From: Octopus sinensis
Taxonomy: Eukaryota
Assembly: GCF_006345805.1 (NCBI RefSeq)
Contig: NC_042997.1
Span: 161,510,001 to 161,574,000 of the forward strand
Direction: 5' to 3'
Length of the DNA: 64,000 nt
Made by a program: the position numbers and the translations under genes. Positions 53,350-64,000 of the stretch are shown here, piece by piece; position 1 is the stretch's first letter; every line of letters starts with the position of its first letter. The notes under the pieces are model-generated. The model was not told the DNA's origin and ran no database searches. It saw nothing but the letters and a program-made list of their open reading frames with translations.

Positions 53350-53961
53350 GTTTGCAATGTTCTCAATTAAAAGGGAAAAAGCCCAACCACAACTGAGAAG
53401 GGAACTTCATGGGGAAAAGGCTCTTCTCTCTATCTGGTGGGATTGCAAAGGAGTAATTCACTTTGAATTGTTACCACCTAATGCAACAATCAATGCACAA
53501 GTCTACTATCAGTAATTGGATCGCTTGAAGCAAGCTTTGAAGGAAAAAAGATCACTTTAGTGAATCGAAAAAGAGTGATGTTTCATCAGGACAATGTGCG
53601 ACTCCACACTGCAAAGATCACATAACAGAAGATCGAAGAGCTTGGTTGGGAAAAAATTCCCCATCCACCTTATTCTTCTAACCTTGCTCCTTCAGATTAT
53701 CATTTGTTTTGTAGTTTACAGAATCATTTGGGGGTCATAACTTTCACAAGCCAGGAGGAGGTCTAAACTGACATTTCAGAGCTCTTCGCTTTGAAACCAA
53801 AAGAGTTTTACATTGATGGGATTAAAAAACTTGTAAATAGATGGAAGGAAGTCATAGATAATCAGGGAAAGTACATTGATGATTAAATTTCAATTAAATA
53901 TAACATTTGATCACTTGTTTTCTTTATTCAAAATTCAGACAGAACTTATGGGATGACCTGA
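53350..53961 (+). mobile_element. 3' half of a mariner (DD34D) element
   Basis: LLSIWWDCKGVIHFELLP, FHQDNVRLH, PHPPYSSNLAPSDYHLF. 3' TIR ACAGAACTTATGGGATGACCTGA|TA. Confidence 0.88.
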
Positions 53962-53967
53962 TACATA

Positions 53968-55237
53968 CGAGGGGCGTTCAATAAGTAATGCCCCTGACCC
54001 ACTTGCAGTTGTTTGATCTAGCTGAAATTTTGCATGTGCACTTATTTATACCTCTATAGATTAAGTGGCGAATTACAGCTCTGAACTAATTGTGGTTTCT
54101 GATTTACAGGTGTTTGAACTGAGTCAAGTGTGAAATGGAGCCTGTTGAGTGTCGAGCAGTGATCTGGTTTTTGTATTTGAAAGGACGCACACCACGGGAG
54201 ACTTTTGATGAAATGAAAGTAACTTATGGTGATGATGCCCCATCATATGACCTTGTAAAACGCTGGCATTGTGAATTCAAACATAGTCGGAACTCTGTGG
54301 AAACAGCTCCCAGATCTGGTTGCCCCCTTCTGCCATTGATGAGACATCTGTCCGTCAACTTGAGGCTGCCATTTTGGAAGGTCAACGCATAACTATTCGC
54401 CAAATAGCCCATAAGGTCAAGATTAGTACTGGGTCTGTGGAAACTATCATTCATGACCATTTGCATATGCAAAAGGTGTCTGCCAGATGGATTTCCAGGT
54501 TGCTCACACCTTTCCAGAAGCAAGAACGCGTTGAGTGCTCGAGGATGAATTTGGAGATGTGCTAAGAAGATGAGTCAAAATTTTTCAAAAGACTGATCTC
54601 ACAGGATAAAACCTGGGTCCATCACTATGATCCATAGACCAAAGCCCAGTCAATGCAGTGAAAGCACCGTGACTCACCTCCTCCAAAGAAGGCAAGGGTG
54701 CAGCCCTCCGCTGACAAGGTTATGCTCACAGTCTTCTGGGACCAGGATGGAGTAGTGATGACAGATTTCCTGGCAAAGGGTACCACAATTACAGGAGCCT
54801 ATTATGCTTCACTTTTGAGGAAATTAAGAGAAGCTATCAAAATCAAGAGGTGGGGCAAGATCAGCAAAGGCATCCTCCTCCTGCAGGACAATGCTCCGGT
54901 CCACAACTCGCGTGTCGCCAGATCAGAAGCACAGGCATGCAGCTATGAACTCCTCCCCTTGCACCCTCTGATTTTCACCTCTTCCCAGCCATGAAGTTGA
55001 TTTTGAAAGGAAAGTGTTTCCCAGATGATGCAGCCTTGATTTCTGAAGTCACGTCGTGGTTGGAGGACCAAGCTGGGGTCTTCTACAAAAACGGTCTCCA
55101 GAGCTGTATCAAACGATGGGAGAAATGCATAACTCTGGGTGGTTCCTATGTAGGAAAAGACTAATAACTGTGCCAAGTGTCGTTACTCTACTGCTATGGG
55201 AAGTGGGTCAGGGGCATTACTTATTGAACGCTCCTCG
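53968..55237 (+). mobile_element. Full-length mariner (irritans/Hsmar2-like), 1270 bp, 37-bp TIRs with 1 mismatch, TA TSD; transposase disrupted
   Basis: TA|CGAGGGGCGTTCAATAAGTAATGCCCCTGACCCACTT...AAGTGGGTCAGGGGCATTACTTATTGAACGCTCCTCG|TA. MEPVECRAVIWFLYLKG, KVSARWISRLL, KVMLTVFWD, LLQDNAPVH. Frameshifts, stops, and the YSPDLAP region deleted. Confidence 0.93.
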
Positions 55238-55774
55238 TATGTGTGTATATATAGATTGCTATTCATATATATATATATATATATATATATACATGCGTGA
55301 GGGTGTGTGTGTGTGTGTGTATAAAATTTCGGACTCAAATGAATTATGTCCTTAAGAAGTAAAGCACAAAGGTCAGGTAAGTGAAATCACAATATTTTGG
55401 GAACAAATATGTACTTATTAAAGTAAACTTTGATTTATATACCAGTTTTATGTGCAATTGCAAACAGCTGACTGAATATACCACAAGTCTCAAGGCTGCA
55501 CTTGGGAACAAACATGGCACCAACTGTATTGCACTCAATAGACTCCAGATCCATGTGAAATGCAGGTTGCAAGTAAGTCGAATAATAACAAATAACAACA
55601 TTTGGATTATCGTTCACTTGCTACATCTGTTTCAGATGTGTTTTTTTATCAATGAATAGAGTTATTACATCATGCAAAAGAAAAAAATGTTTTCATCAGG
55701 GGAATATAAGCATGAATTAAACATTTCAAACATCTTAAATTTCAAAGCAAGTGTTGTTTCTTGGCTCTCAAGTC

Positions 55775-56445
55775 AAAATTTTGGTCAAAGACCCATTGTT
55801 CATATAACATCTGTGCACTCCAATTGAGACTCAGCACATTACATTTTACTAACATACAGACCATGCTTTCTATTCACCTCTAAGACACAAATCTCTTAAC
55901 CATTATCTATAATCAATCTCTGCTGTCAATGCTACAATTTGCACTCATATTTCACTCAAGAAAAAGGCGATGTCTGTGAAAATCTGGATTCCACTCACTC
56001 AACATTCACTTCTTCCATCTGACTATCAGCAACAAAGACTTCCAGTTATTCAGGTTCAAAGTCTCTCATACATATTCTTCCAAACAGATCTATTTTCTCT
56101 ACCCTTCTTTTGAGCTCCTCCAACAACTATCAACTCTTTCTCCATGTTTTGCAACAATGACAACTGTTTCATTTTATTCATCCCATATGAAATCATTGTC
56201 CTTGGTGACATCAACACTCAAAATTCTTCTAGCTTTACACATGCATCCATTTCTGATGCTGCCATTCAGAAACAAAATTTTTCAGTCATTTACTACATAT
56301 ATCAACCAGTTTCATTACCTATTTGCATCCCTGACTGATGCATAGTTACACCATACATCCATAATCTCTTTCTCATTTCCAAATCCAACATCTACCAGAT
56401 CATCATCTTCTCTCAACCTCTGCCAGAAATTTGGAAATGACATGT
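55775..56445 (+). mobile_element. CR1-type LINE 5' part (APE endonuclease), degraded
   Basis: EIIVLGDIN motif; similar to the reverse complement of 60600-61290. Confidence 0.7.
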
Positions 56446-56469
56446 TGTACTGCTTGGCATACACACCAG

Positions 56470-57579
56470 AAGCTCTAATATAAACATTTCAGAGTGTTTG
56501 GGTGTCAATCTGAGGACAGTGCAGAGGATTCGGAAAGAGTTGGATGAGTATAATGGTGATTACAAAGGTACAGCAGCTCGGAAAATTCACCTCTGATTGT
56601 TCTGATAAGAAAAGAACTCTTGAATTTGCTGGTGAGATCTTGGCTATGATTGACAACGATCCTTCCAAATCAATCAGGCCCCTCACCAGGGACATAGGGT
56701 ATCTGAGTTTCTTATCAGGCAAGTAATGCATGAAAACATTTGGTATTCCTCATACAAGATGAGAAAGGGCCAAATTTTGTCCCAAGCCATCAAGGACAAG
56801 AGGAAAGACCATGCTATGAAGCTTTTGAACAAACTCAAGTGTCCCCTCCAACCGAACATGCTTTGGTTTTTCTTACACAAGAAACTTTTCTGCCAGGATC
56901 AGATGGTGAACACACAGAACAACTGTTGGCTTTCTGCATCCCTAAAACATGTACAAAGAGTAATAAGAATCAAACATCTAGTCAACATCATGGTGTTTGG
57001 AATGATCACTAGTGATGGCAACATTATGCATCCATTCATCTTCCAACACAGCTTCAGACTCAACATAGCGACCTACATAAAGTGACTGGAGGAGGTAGTG
57101 TTGCCCTGGGTCAAGAGGGTGGCTGCTGGAAGACCTTATATCTGGCAAAATGACTTTGCACCATGCCACACAAGCAGGAGAACCCAGTCATGGCTATCAA
57201 ACAATTTCTGTGACCACATCACCCCTAACATCGGGCCACTTAACTCCCCAGATTGCAACCCCCTTGATTATAATGAGTGGGCTGCAGTTGTGCAAGAGAC
57301 CAACAAAACACTTTGTAATGCCAAAGGTGAGCTGAAGGCAAGAATTATGGCAGCATTCACCAACTAAAAACAAGGAGACTGTCCAGAAGAGTTGTAGAAG
57401 ATTCCAATGTCGTCTGTAAGCTGTGATTGAAGCCAAGGGCGATTTTATTGAATAAATTTACTCTTTAGTATTTCGAGATATTTTTATGTAATTCTGGTAA
57501 ATTTATCTGTTAAAATGAGATGTTAGTGTTATTTCCATTTTTGCATGATTTAGATGACAGTTTATTCACCACACCCAGT
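56470..57579 (+). mobile_element. 5'-truncated maT-family (DD37D) transposon
   Basis: WFF....FCQDQ.VNTQNN.W, MVFGMITSDG, WQNDFAPCH...NSPDCNPLDY with 37 residues counted between the second and third D. 3' end ...TTTATTCACCACACCCAG|TA. Confidence 0.85.
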
Positions 57580-57599
57580 ATATATACATATATATATAT

Positions 57600-57940
57600 T
57601 GAGTTGAAACCCCCTTCGATCACGACTGACCATGGGATTGCACCTAGAAAGCTACCCTCCTAGGCACAAGTCCGGGCAAGGTTGTTTATGGAAGAACAGC
57701 AGTCACCCATGCATATCAGCCTCCCCTCTCCACGCTACCAGTGTTATCCAAGGGAAAGGCAAAGGCTGATACAGCTTGGCACCTGTGACGTTGCAACTCA
57801 TTTCTACAGCTGAGTGAACTGTAGCAATGTGAAATAAAGGTCGTGCTCAAGAACACAACATGCAACCCGGTCTGGGACTTGAACTCACAACCTCACGATC
57901 ATAAGCTTGATGCTCTAACCACTGAGCCATGTACCTCACT
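57600..57940 (-). mobile_element. tRNA-derived SINE family C copy
   Basis: Minus-strand head CATGGCTCAGTGGTTAGAGCATC...GTGAGTTCAAGTCCC has clear A and B boxes. Confidence 0.85.
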
Positions 57941-58359
57941 CATATATGTATATATATATACTAGCTTAAGGTGACCTGCTCTAATGGTGAGTGATGGTGT
58001 GGTTGTTACTTTTTGCTGCTTCCTTTCTGTTTCTTATCGCTACATTCTCCCTCTTTATTTCTCTCTCCTTTCTTTCTCACTTTCCCACTCTCTTACTCTT
58101 CTTTTCTCTCGGACTCTCCCTCACTTTCTCTTACTCTCTATCTTTCTCTATCTATCTCTCTCCCATTTATAAAGAACAAAGATCTTGAGTAAGCTGAGAA
58201 AGAAAATATTTTGAAAGATCAATCATAAATATCAGGCAGTGACAATGGAAATGTATGCTTCAAGGCGGACAGCAAAACACTAACATTTAAAAGGGACAGA
58301 CGAACTGAATAAAAATTTTTAAATATTGGAAACCAAAGTTTGAATGGATAGAATCTGAG

Positions 58360-58622
58360 GATAGTAGACTCACCATTGCTGGCATTCAAAACTTCTTAAT
58401 GATGGACAGCAACATTTAACAGCAGTTTAACAGCTCGCGCAAAATTTTGAACTTGATGTAAAAGAAAATTCCTAAACATCAAGTTTTGAAGTGATTCTTT
58501 CTCACAATGGTAGACTCACCATGGCAAGCATTCAAAACTTCTTTATGACGGACAGCAACACATTGACGATTTAAAGGCTGGTGCAAATTTTTTAGCTTGA
58601 TATAACAGAGAATTCCTAAACA
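58360..58622. repeat. Diverged tandem duplication with a ~145-bp period
   Basis: TAGACTCACCAT.GC..GCATTCAAAACTTCTT.ATGA.GGACAGCAAC...AATTCCTAAACA occurs twice. Confidence 0.8.
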
Positions 58623-59559
58623 CCCCCCTCATGTAAATTTTAATCCCCATCCAGTCCCATTTAGACCCCTTTTCACATAAAAGTCCAATTTGTGTCAATG
58701 TAATAATTCACTGTTCTAAGAGACCTGTGGCGGGAATATTTAAACTTTTGTGGCTGTCAACGCTTTCTCTCTATAGATACAGACAGATGTACAGTGAGAG
58801 AGGTGGTGGGAGAAAGAGTGACAGAGAGACGGCGAAGCTGTCAAACGTCGTTATAGAGAGAAAGTGGAGGGAAGGAAGGAAAGAGAGAGATAGAGGAAGA
58901 CAGACTGATATGCAAAAGAGGGAAACGACAAACACTTGTCAAGTGTTTATTATTGTTTTACTTGTTTCGGTATTATAACCTGATTTCATTTGGGTCTACA
59001 CAGGCCACATTTTAAAAGATGAGAAATTTTTCCCTAGAGGTCATGCCTTTCAAATGAGCAAACTCAAAGTTGCCATGCAAACTTGCTAGCACTTTTAACA
59101 TAGGTGTGCATATTTTCAGCTCAATCCGACCACATATGCACACATTATATATATATATATGTGTGTGTGTGTGTATGTATGTATGTATATACGCATTAAA
59201 GATGTACATATATACGCATTATATATACATGTCTACACATATACACACATATATATAAATATATATATATAAGGTGGAGGGAAGGAAGGAAAGAGAGAGA
59301 TGGAAGAAGACAGACTGATATGCTAAAGAGAGAAATGACAAATACTTGTCAAAGTGTGGGTTTTGTTGCCCTAGTAACCACAGTTTTTAAGATAGTGATT
59401 TGTAACCTAGTCCACTCACTTGCTCACCTCTTTTTACATGTCCCTGTAAATTTTGGAGCCAATCCGACCCCATCTAGTGCCCCTTAACCCATTCCAATCG
59501 CAATATATATATATATATATAGCCAGGAAATCACTGATCAAAGAGATGAAAGTTACATA

Positions 59560-61290
59560 GAATCCATAAGCAGGAAGTTTTGATAGTAGATTTATGTTTC
59601 TGATACATGTAAGTTTTGTTTTAATCATGAGCAACAATACTGCTTTCCATAAATTTCTGCAGCATGAGTGCCAACTGGTGGTTGACTAAGGAGAGTAGGT
59701 CACAAGTAAATCTAGTTTTATAAAAGTTGTATTGCAAGAAAAGTGGAGAAGGTAGCTCTTCAAAGCAGTCCCCTCATCTTTACAATGTTGTTAGTATGAT
59801 AGAATGATAGAAGTTAGTGTGAAGGTAGTTGACAGGATCAGAATCCTTACCTTTCTTTGGAGAAGTGCATTGGGATATAGCTCACTAAATACTGGACTAT
59901 ATCCCACTACAAAGAAGATAGAAGTTTCAATGACTAGAGAGGATAATGAAATGAACATTGTTAATGCAGATAAAATTTTTGACTTGAAGTGACCAGAGGC
60001 ATTTTCCCTCTTGGCATAGTGCTGAACCTGGTAGAGTTAAATTAGTTTTGGAGGAAGTTTAGCTAGTGTATGCAGTATGGTGTTGAAATGGATTCTTTTT
60101 CATGAGCATTGAGCATAGAACCATCATTCTTGAAAAGTGGAGAAAAGGTAGTTTCCACAACATAGGTTGAGATAATAAAATCTCTAGTTTACAGTTGGAA
60201 ACCTTGTGTGTTTGGTGATACACAGAAGCATCCTTTGCTAATTAAGATGGGGGTCTTTCAGGAGTTGCAATGAAGGAAGAAAGCAGTACAATTTGAATGC
60301 CTGGGTAATTTTCTGTAAGCATTGTAAGCTGTTTTTTAACTGAATACCTGCTGCTACTCTTTGTGTGTGTGTGATATATACAATAACATACTTAAGACAA
60401 TGGTTTTGGTTACCCACCTAGTTGTTTTTGGTGGGACAAGGGTGAAGCATATGTGCTGCCAGAAATAGCATAGATCTGATGGAGTTTCAACTTATTAGTT
60501 GGTTTGAAATGCCACAGGATTTGCAAGGTGTGGGTTTGTGTAAAATGTGGATGTGTAAATAGTTATGATAATCCAGTGGTGGGACTATCTGAGAGATAGA
60601 GAGAGGATGATAATCTGGTAGATGTTGGGTTTGGAAATGAGAAAGAGACTAAGGATGTATGGTGTGATTATGCATCAGCCAGGGATGCAAATAGGTGATG
60701 AAACTAGTTGATATATAGTTGAAAACAAATAGGTGATGAAAATAGTTGATATATATATATATAGTAAAAGACTGGGGAAAATTTGGTTTCTAATTGGCAG
60801 CATCAGTAATGGGTGAATGTGAAAACCTAGAATTTTGAGTGTTGGGATCACCAAGGATAATGATTTCAAATGGGGTGAATAAAGTGAAACGGATGTCATT
60901 GATGCAAAACATAATATGATGAAAGAGCTTTTAGTTGTTGGGGGAGCTCAAAGAAGGGTAGAGAAAACAAATCTGTTTAGCAGAATATGAGTGAGAGATT
61001 TTGAACCTGAATAACTGGAGGTCTTTTTTGCTGATAGTTAGATGGAAGAAGTGGGTGAGTGGAATCCAGATTTTCAGACATCACCTTTTTCTTGAGTAAA
61101 ATATGAGTAGAAATTGTAGCATGAACAGCAGAGACTGATTATAGATAAAGTTTAAGAGATTTTTGTCTTAGAGGTGAATAGAATGCATGGTCTGTGTGTT
61201 AGCAAAATGTAAAATGTTGAGTCTCAACTGGAGTGCACAGATGTTATATGAACAATGGGTTTAGTTTTAGATTTTGTCATTTAGGTAAGG
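59560..61290 (-). mobile_element. Degraded CR1-type LINE (APE + RT N-terminal part)
   Basis: Minus strand EIIILGDPN and KGKDSDPVNY (KGD.SDP.NYRP) motifs. Confidence 0.72.
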
Positions 61291-64000
61291 TTGTTGGGGC
61301 ACTGTTAAGTTACAATAAGTCCCTGTCTGAAAGCTGGTCCAAATGAATATTTTTCAAAAATACTTTGATAATAGAATAGATAACTTAATCATTAAAAAGG
61401 CATATTAGCTGCTTTCAAAATAAACTTTAACACATACAAATAAATTACAATAGAAAGACAATGTCATGATAATAAATGATATATCAGAATATAATCAATG
61501 AAAGAGATATGTATTATTACTTCGTTTGTTAGAGAAAACAAAGCTGAAATTGAAATAGCATTTATATAAATTTTTATCAATGTATATCAAAACAAAAATT
61601 AAAATAAATTTTCTAGATTTTTATTCTATGCATAAAGTGTATTTATTGCATATATACATTTAAATACATCAACAATATCTGCATATTGGTGCAGGGCTGG
61701 AGAAAAAATATTCATGCATTCTAAGTGTAAGAGTCCAGTTCACCAGGGAAATATCACAGCAATCACAGATGCAAGTATTATCAGCTTGGTAAAAAGGAAA
61801 GTAATCCCAATCGAAAGATTGAAGGGTAGATCAAAGACCAGAAACACTTGGTTGCAGTATATTGGTTGTTTATTGAACATACAATTTGCAATAGTAATGT
61901 ATTGATTCCAAATGCAGGTGGGAAAAGGTATGGGAAAAGGTATGGGAAGAGAGTTTAACATTCTGGATTTTGAAGGACAACAAACATTCTAATTGAAAGG
62001 GAAATGTAGAGTAGCATATTTTAAGATTGTACAATGGCTCAAGCAAAAAGTTGGTGGGCAGCATTCAGGAAGTCATATTTGTATGATTTTTTTTTTTTTC
62101 AGTTCTAAACAAATTCAGTTCTTCACCAATAAAAATCCAGTTGGTAATATCATATAGCACAAATTCTTATATTCAAAGGATAAAATACTGGAATTTATTG
62201 TTTACCAAACTTTTTTAAAATAGCAAATAAAATTAATAGAAAATAACAATAATGAACATTAACTGTATCTATTGTTACTTATCAAAAAGTAATTTAAATA
62301 TTTAAATACATTTTGTAAACGAAATCATTCGCATGTAAATATTTTGAATAGAAATATGTGTTAAATATGCATCATTTTATTGTTGCATCATTAAAATCAC
62401 TGGCTTTTTGTCTGTAAAATATCTAAAGTCCCAGACTTTTCCCTATAATCAAGCACCTAAATCTCTTCTGCTTAAGTGCTTATATAAAACTTAATTTTAA
62501 ACCAAAATATCAATTCCATTAGAAAATTAAAATGCATGAGAATAATATAGTTCTGGAGTCACATGCAAGTTATACACTCTAATACTAATTTATAAAAATA
62601 ATCATGCTCTGCTAAATATCTATAAAGCCAGGTTAACATTTATCTAGTACTCAAAAGGACATTTGTTTTCATATCTATCTGAAATTGCAACATTTAAATA
62701 ATATATTAAACTTTAGTGTTAAGTAATTAATTTTAAAAAGGTAGTGTATGTATGTGTGTGTATATATATATATTCACACACATACATATATTGTGATTAC
62801 AGAAGTATGGAATTTTGTTATTATTTACCTCTCTGGTTATTTAACCTAATTTAACTATTAATATGCATGATTATGATAACAAAATTCCACACTGTCTACC
62901 ATGTTGATTTAATAAAAGTATGCTGATTTTTCAGTGTTTGATAATGCAATTCCCAAATGCAGTTTCATAAATAAATTACCAGCTTAGGCTTGCATCATCA
63001 AATAAGTTTAAAGCATATCACATCATTATACAACATGGTGAAGCTTTAATTTGTAATTAGAATTTTTTTTTGTCAGTAATATGCAGTTTACTTTTTGATA
63101 CTGCACCTAAAATAAAAATAGAAAAGGAGGAAATCAGAAATGCTACATATAAACAATATTCAAGGAGAAGTTTTTTAAGTCATCCTCAATAAAATAGTTA
63201 ATTTACATACAGTTATGTTTACCTGAAAGTAATTATAATTGAAATTTTAACTAAATATGTTGTAATGTATTACTTGTTTCTGTAAAACCTAATTAAAAAC
63301 ATTCTATATGATTGATAAAGCTCTTAAATTCATTCATTTCAGTGCTTACTTCAGAAAATGAATTAATAATTAATTATAAAGCGTACAAAATCGTTATGAT
63401 TATCTTGGAAATATTTGAAAGAATAAATTTTACAACTTCTCCTTGAAAAATTATCTACTAATTTGAAATGCTTACCAAAATGGATAAGTAAAGAAAAAAT
63501 CACAACATTTAAATTTTTGTTAACATGCACCAACATATGCATTACAAGCACCAATAGCATTAATATATGCAGATGTATTTAATAAGCGAAAAAAGCTTGC
63601 AAATTTCAGCAGCATAAAAAAATTTCAAAAATGAATACACTGATTGGTTGTCATGAATGGAAACTTCAATATTAGTCAGAGTTTTTAATGTTGCGCTGAA
63701 ATATTTTCATTAAACCTTTGCAATTTTTTTGTTAAATATTTCTTTTTTCTTCTAGGTAGAACCAATGCTTAATCTTCTTAACACCACACTAACACTTTTT
63801 TTATGCATTAATGGGTTATCAGACTAACAAAAGAAATTTGTTTATAATTTATGACAGCAGTTCATATCCTTTAAACATGATCACTCCAATTCTCTTTTAG
63901 GGCTGAAACATTATCATGCTACATCAAAGGAATCTTTTATTTAGGCTGTATGACCAGCTATTTCTTCAAAATGCTATCATCAAAAAGTAAGCCTAGTTTA

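Overview
AT-rich eukaryotic DNA dominated by transposons and microsatellites. It is most likely a coleoid cephalopod (Octopus-like), inferred from the repeat families rather than proven. The only well-supported host-gene piece is one symmetric phase-1 exon (4411-4719, minus strand) encoding a titin/twitchin-type fibronectin type III domain, so the window is probably mostly intronic or flanking DNA of a large minus-strand gene. The rest is tRNA-derived SINEs, RTE LINEs and their 3' tails, CR1/Jockey-type LINE relics, R4/Dong-type LINEs, Penelope-like element (PLE) relics and Tc1/mariner/maT DNA transposons. Notable structure: (1) three type I hammerhead-ribozyme-like motifs on the minus strand in PLE-type context, the best one abutting a ~104-bp-arm fold-back; (2) four or five co-oriented R4/Dong 3' ends stacked in (TAA)n arrays at 11.3-15.5 kb; (3) a Tc1 element with an open DD34E ORF and IR/DR ends; (4) several long hairpin or inverted-repeat units. 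All family calls come from motif recognition by eye; no database search was run.
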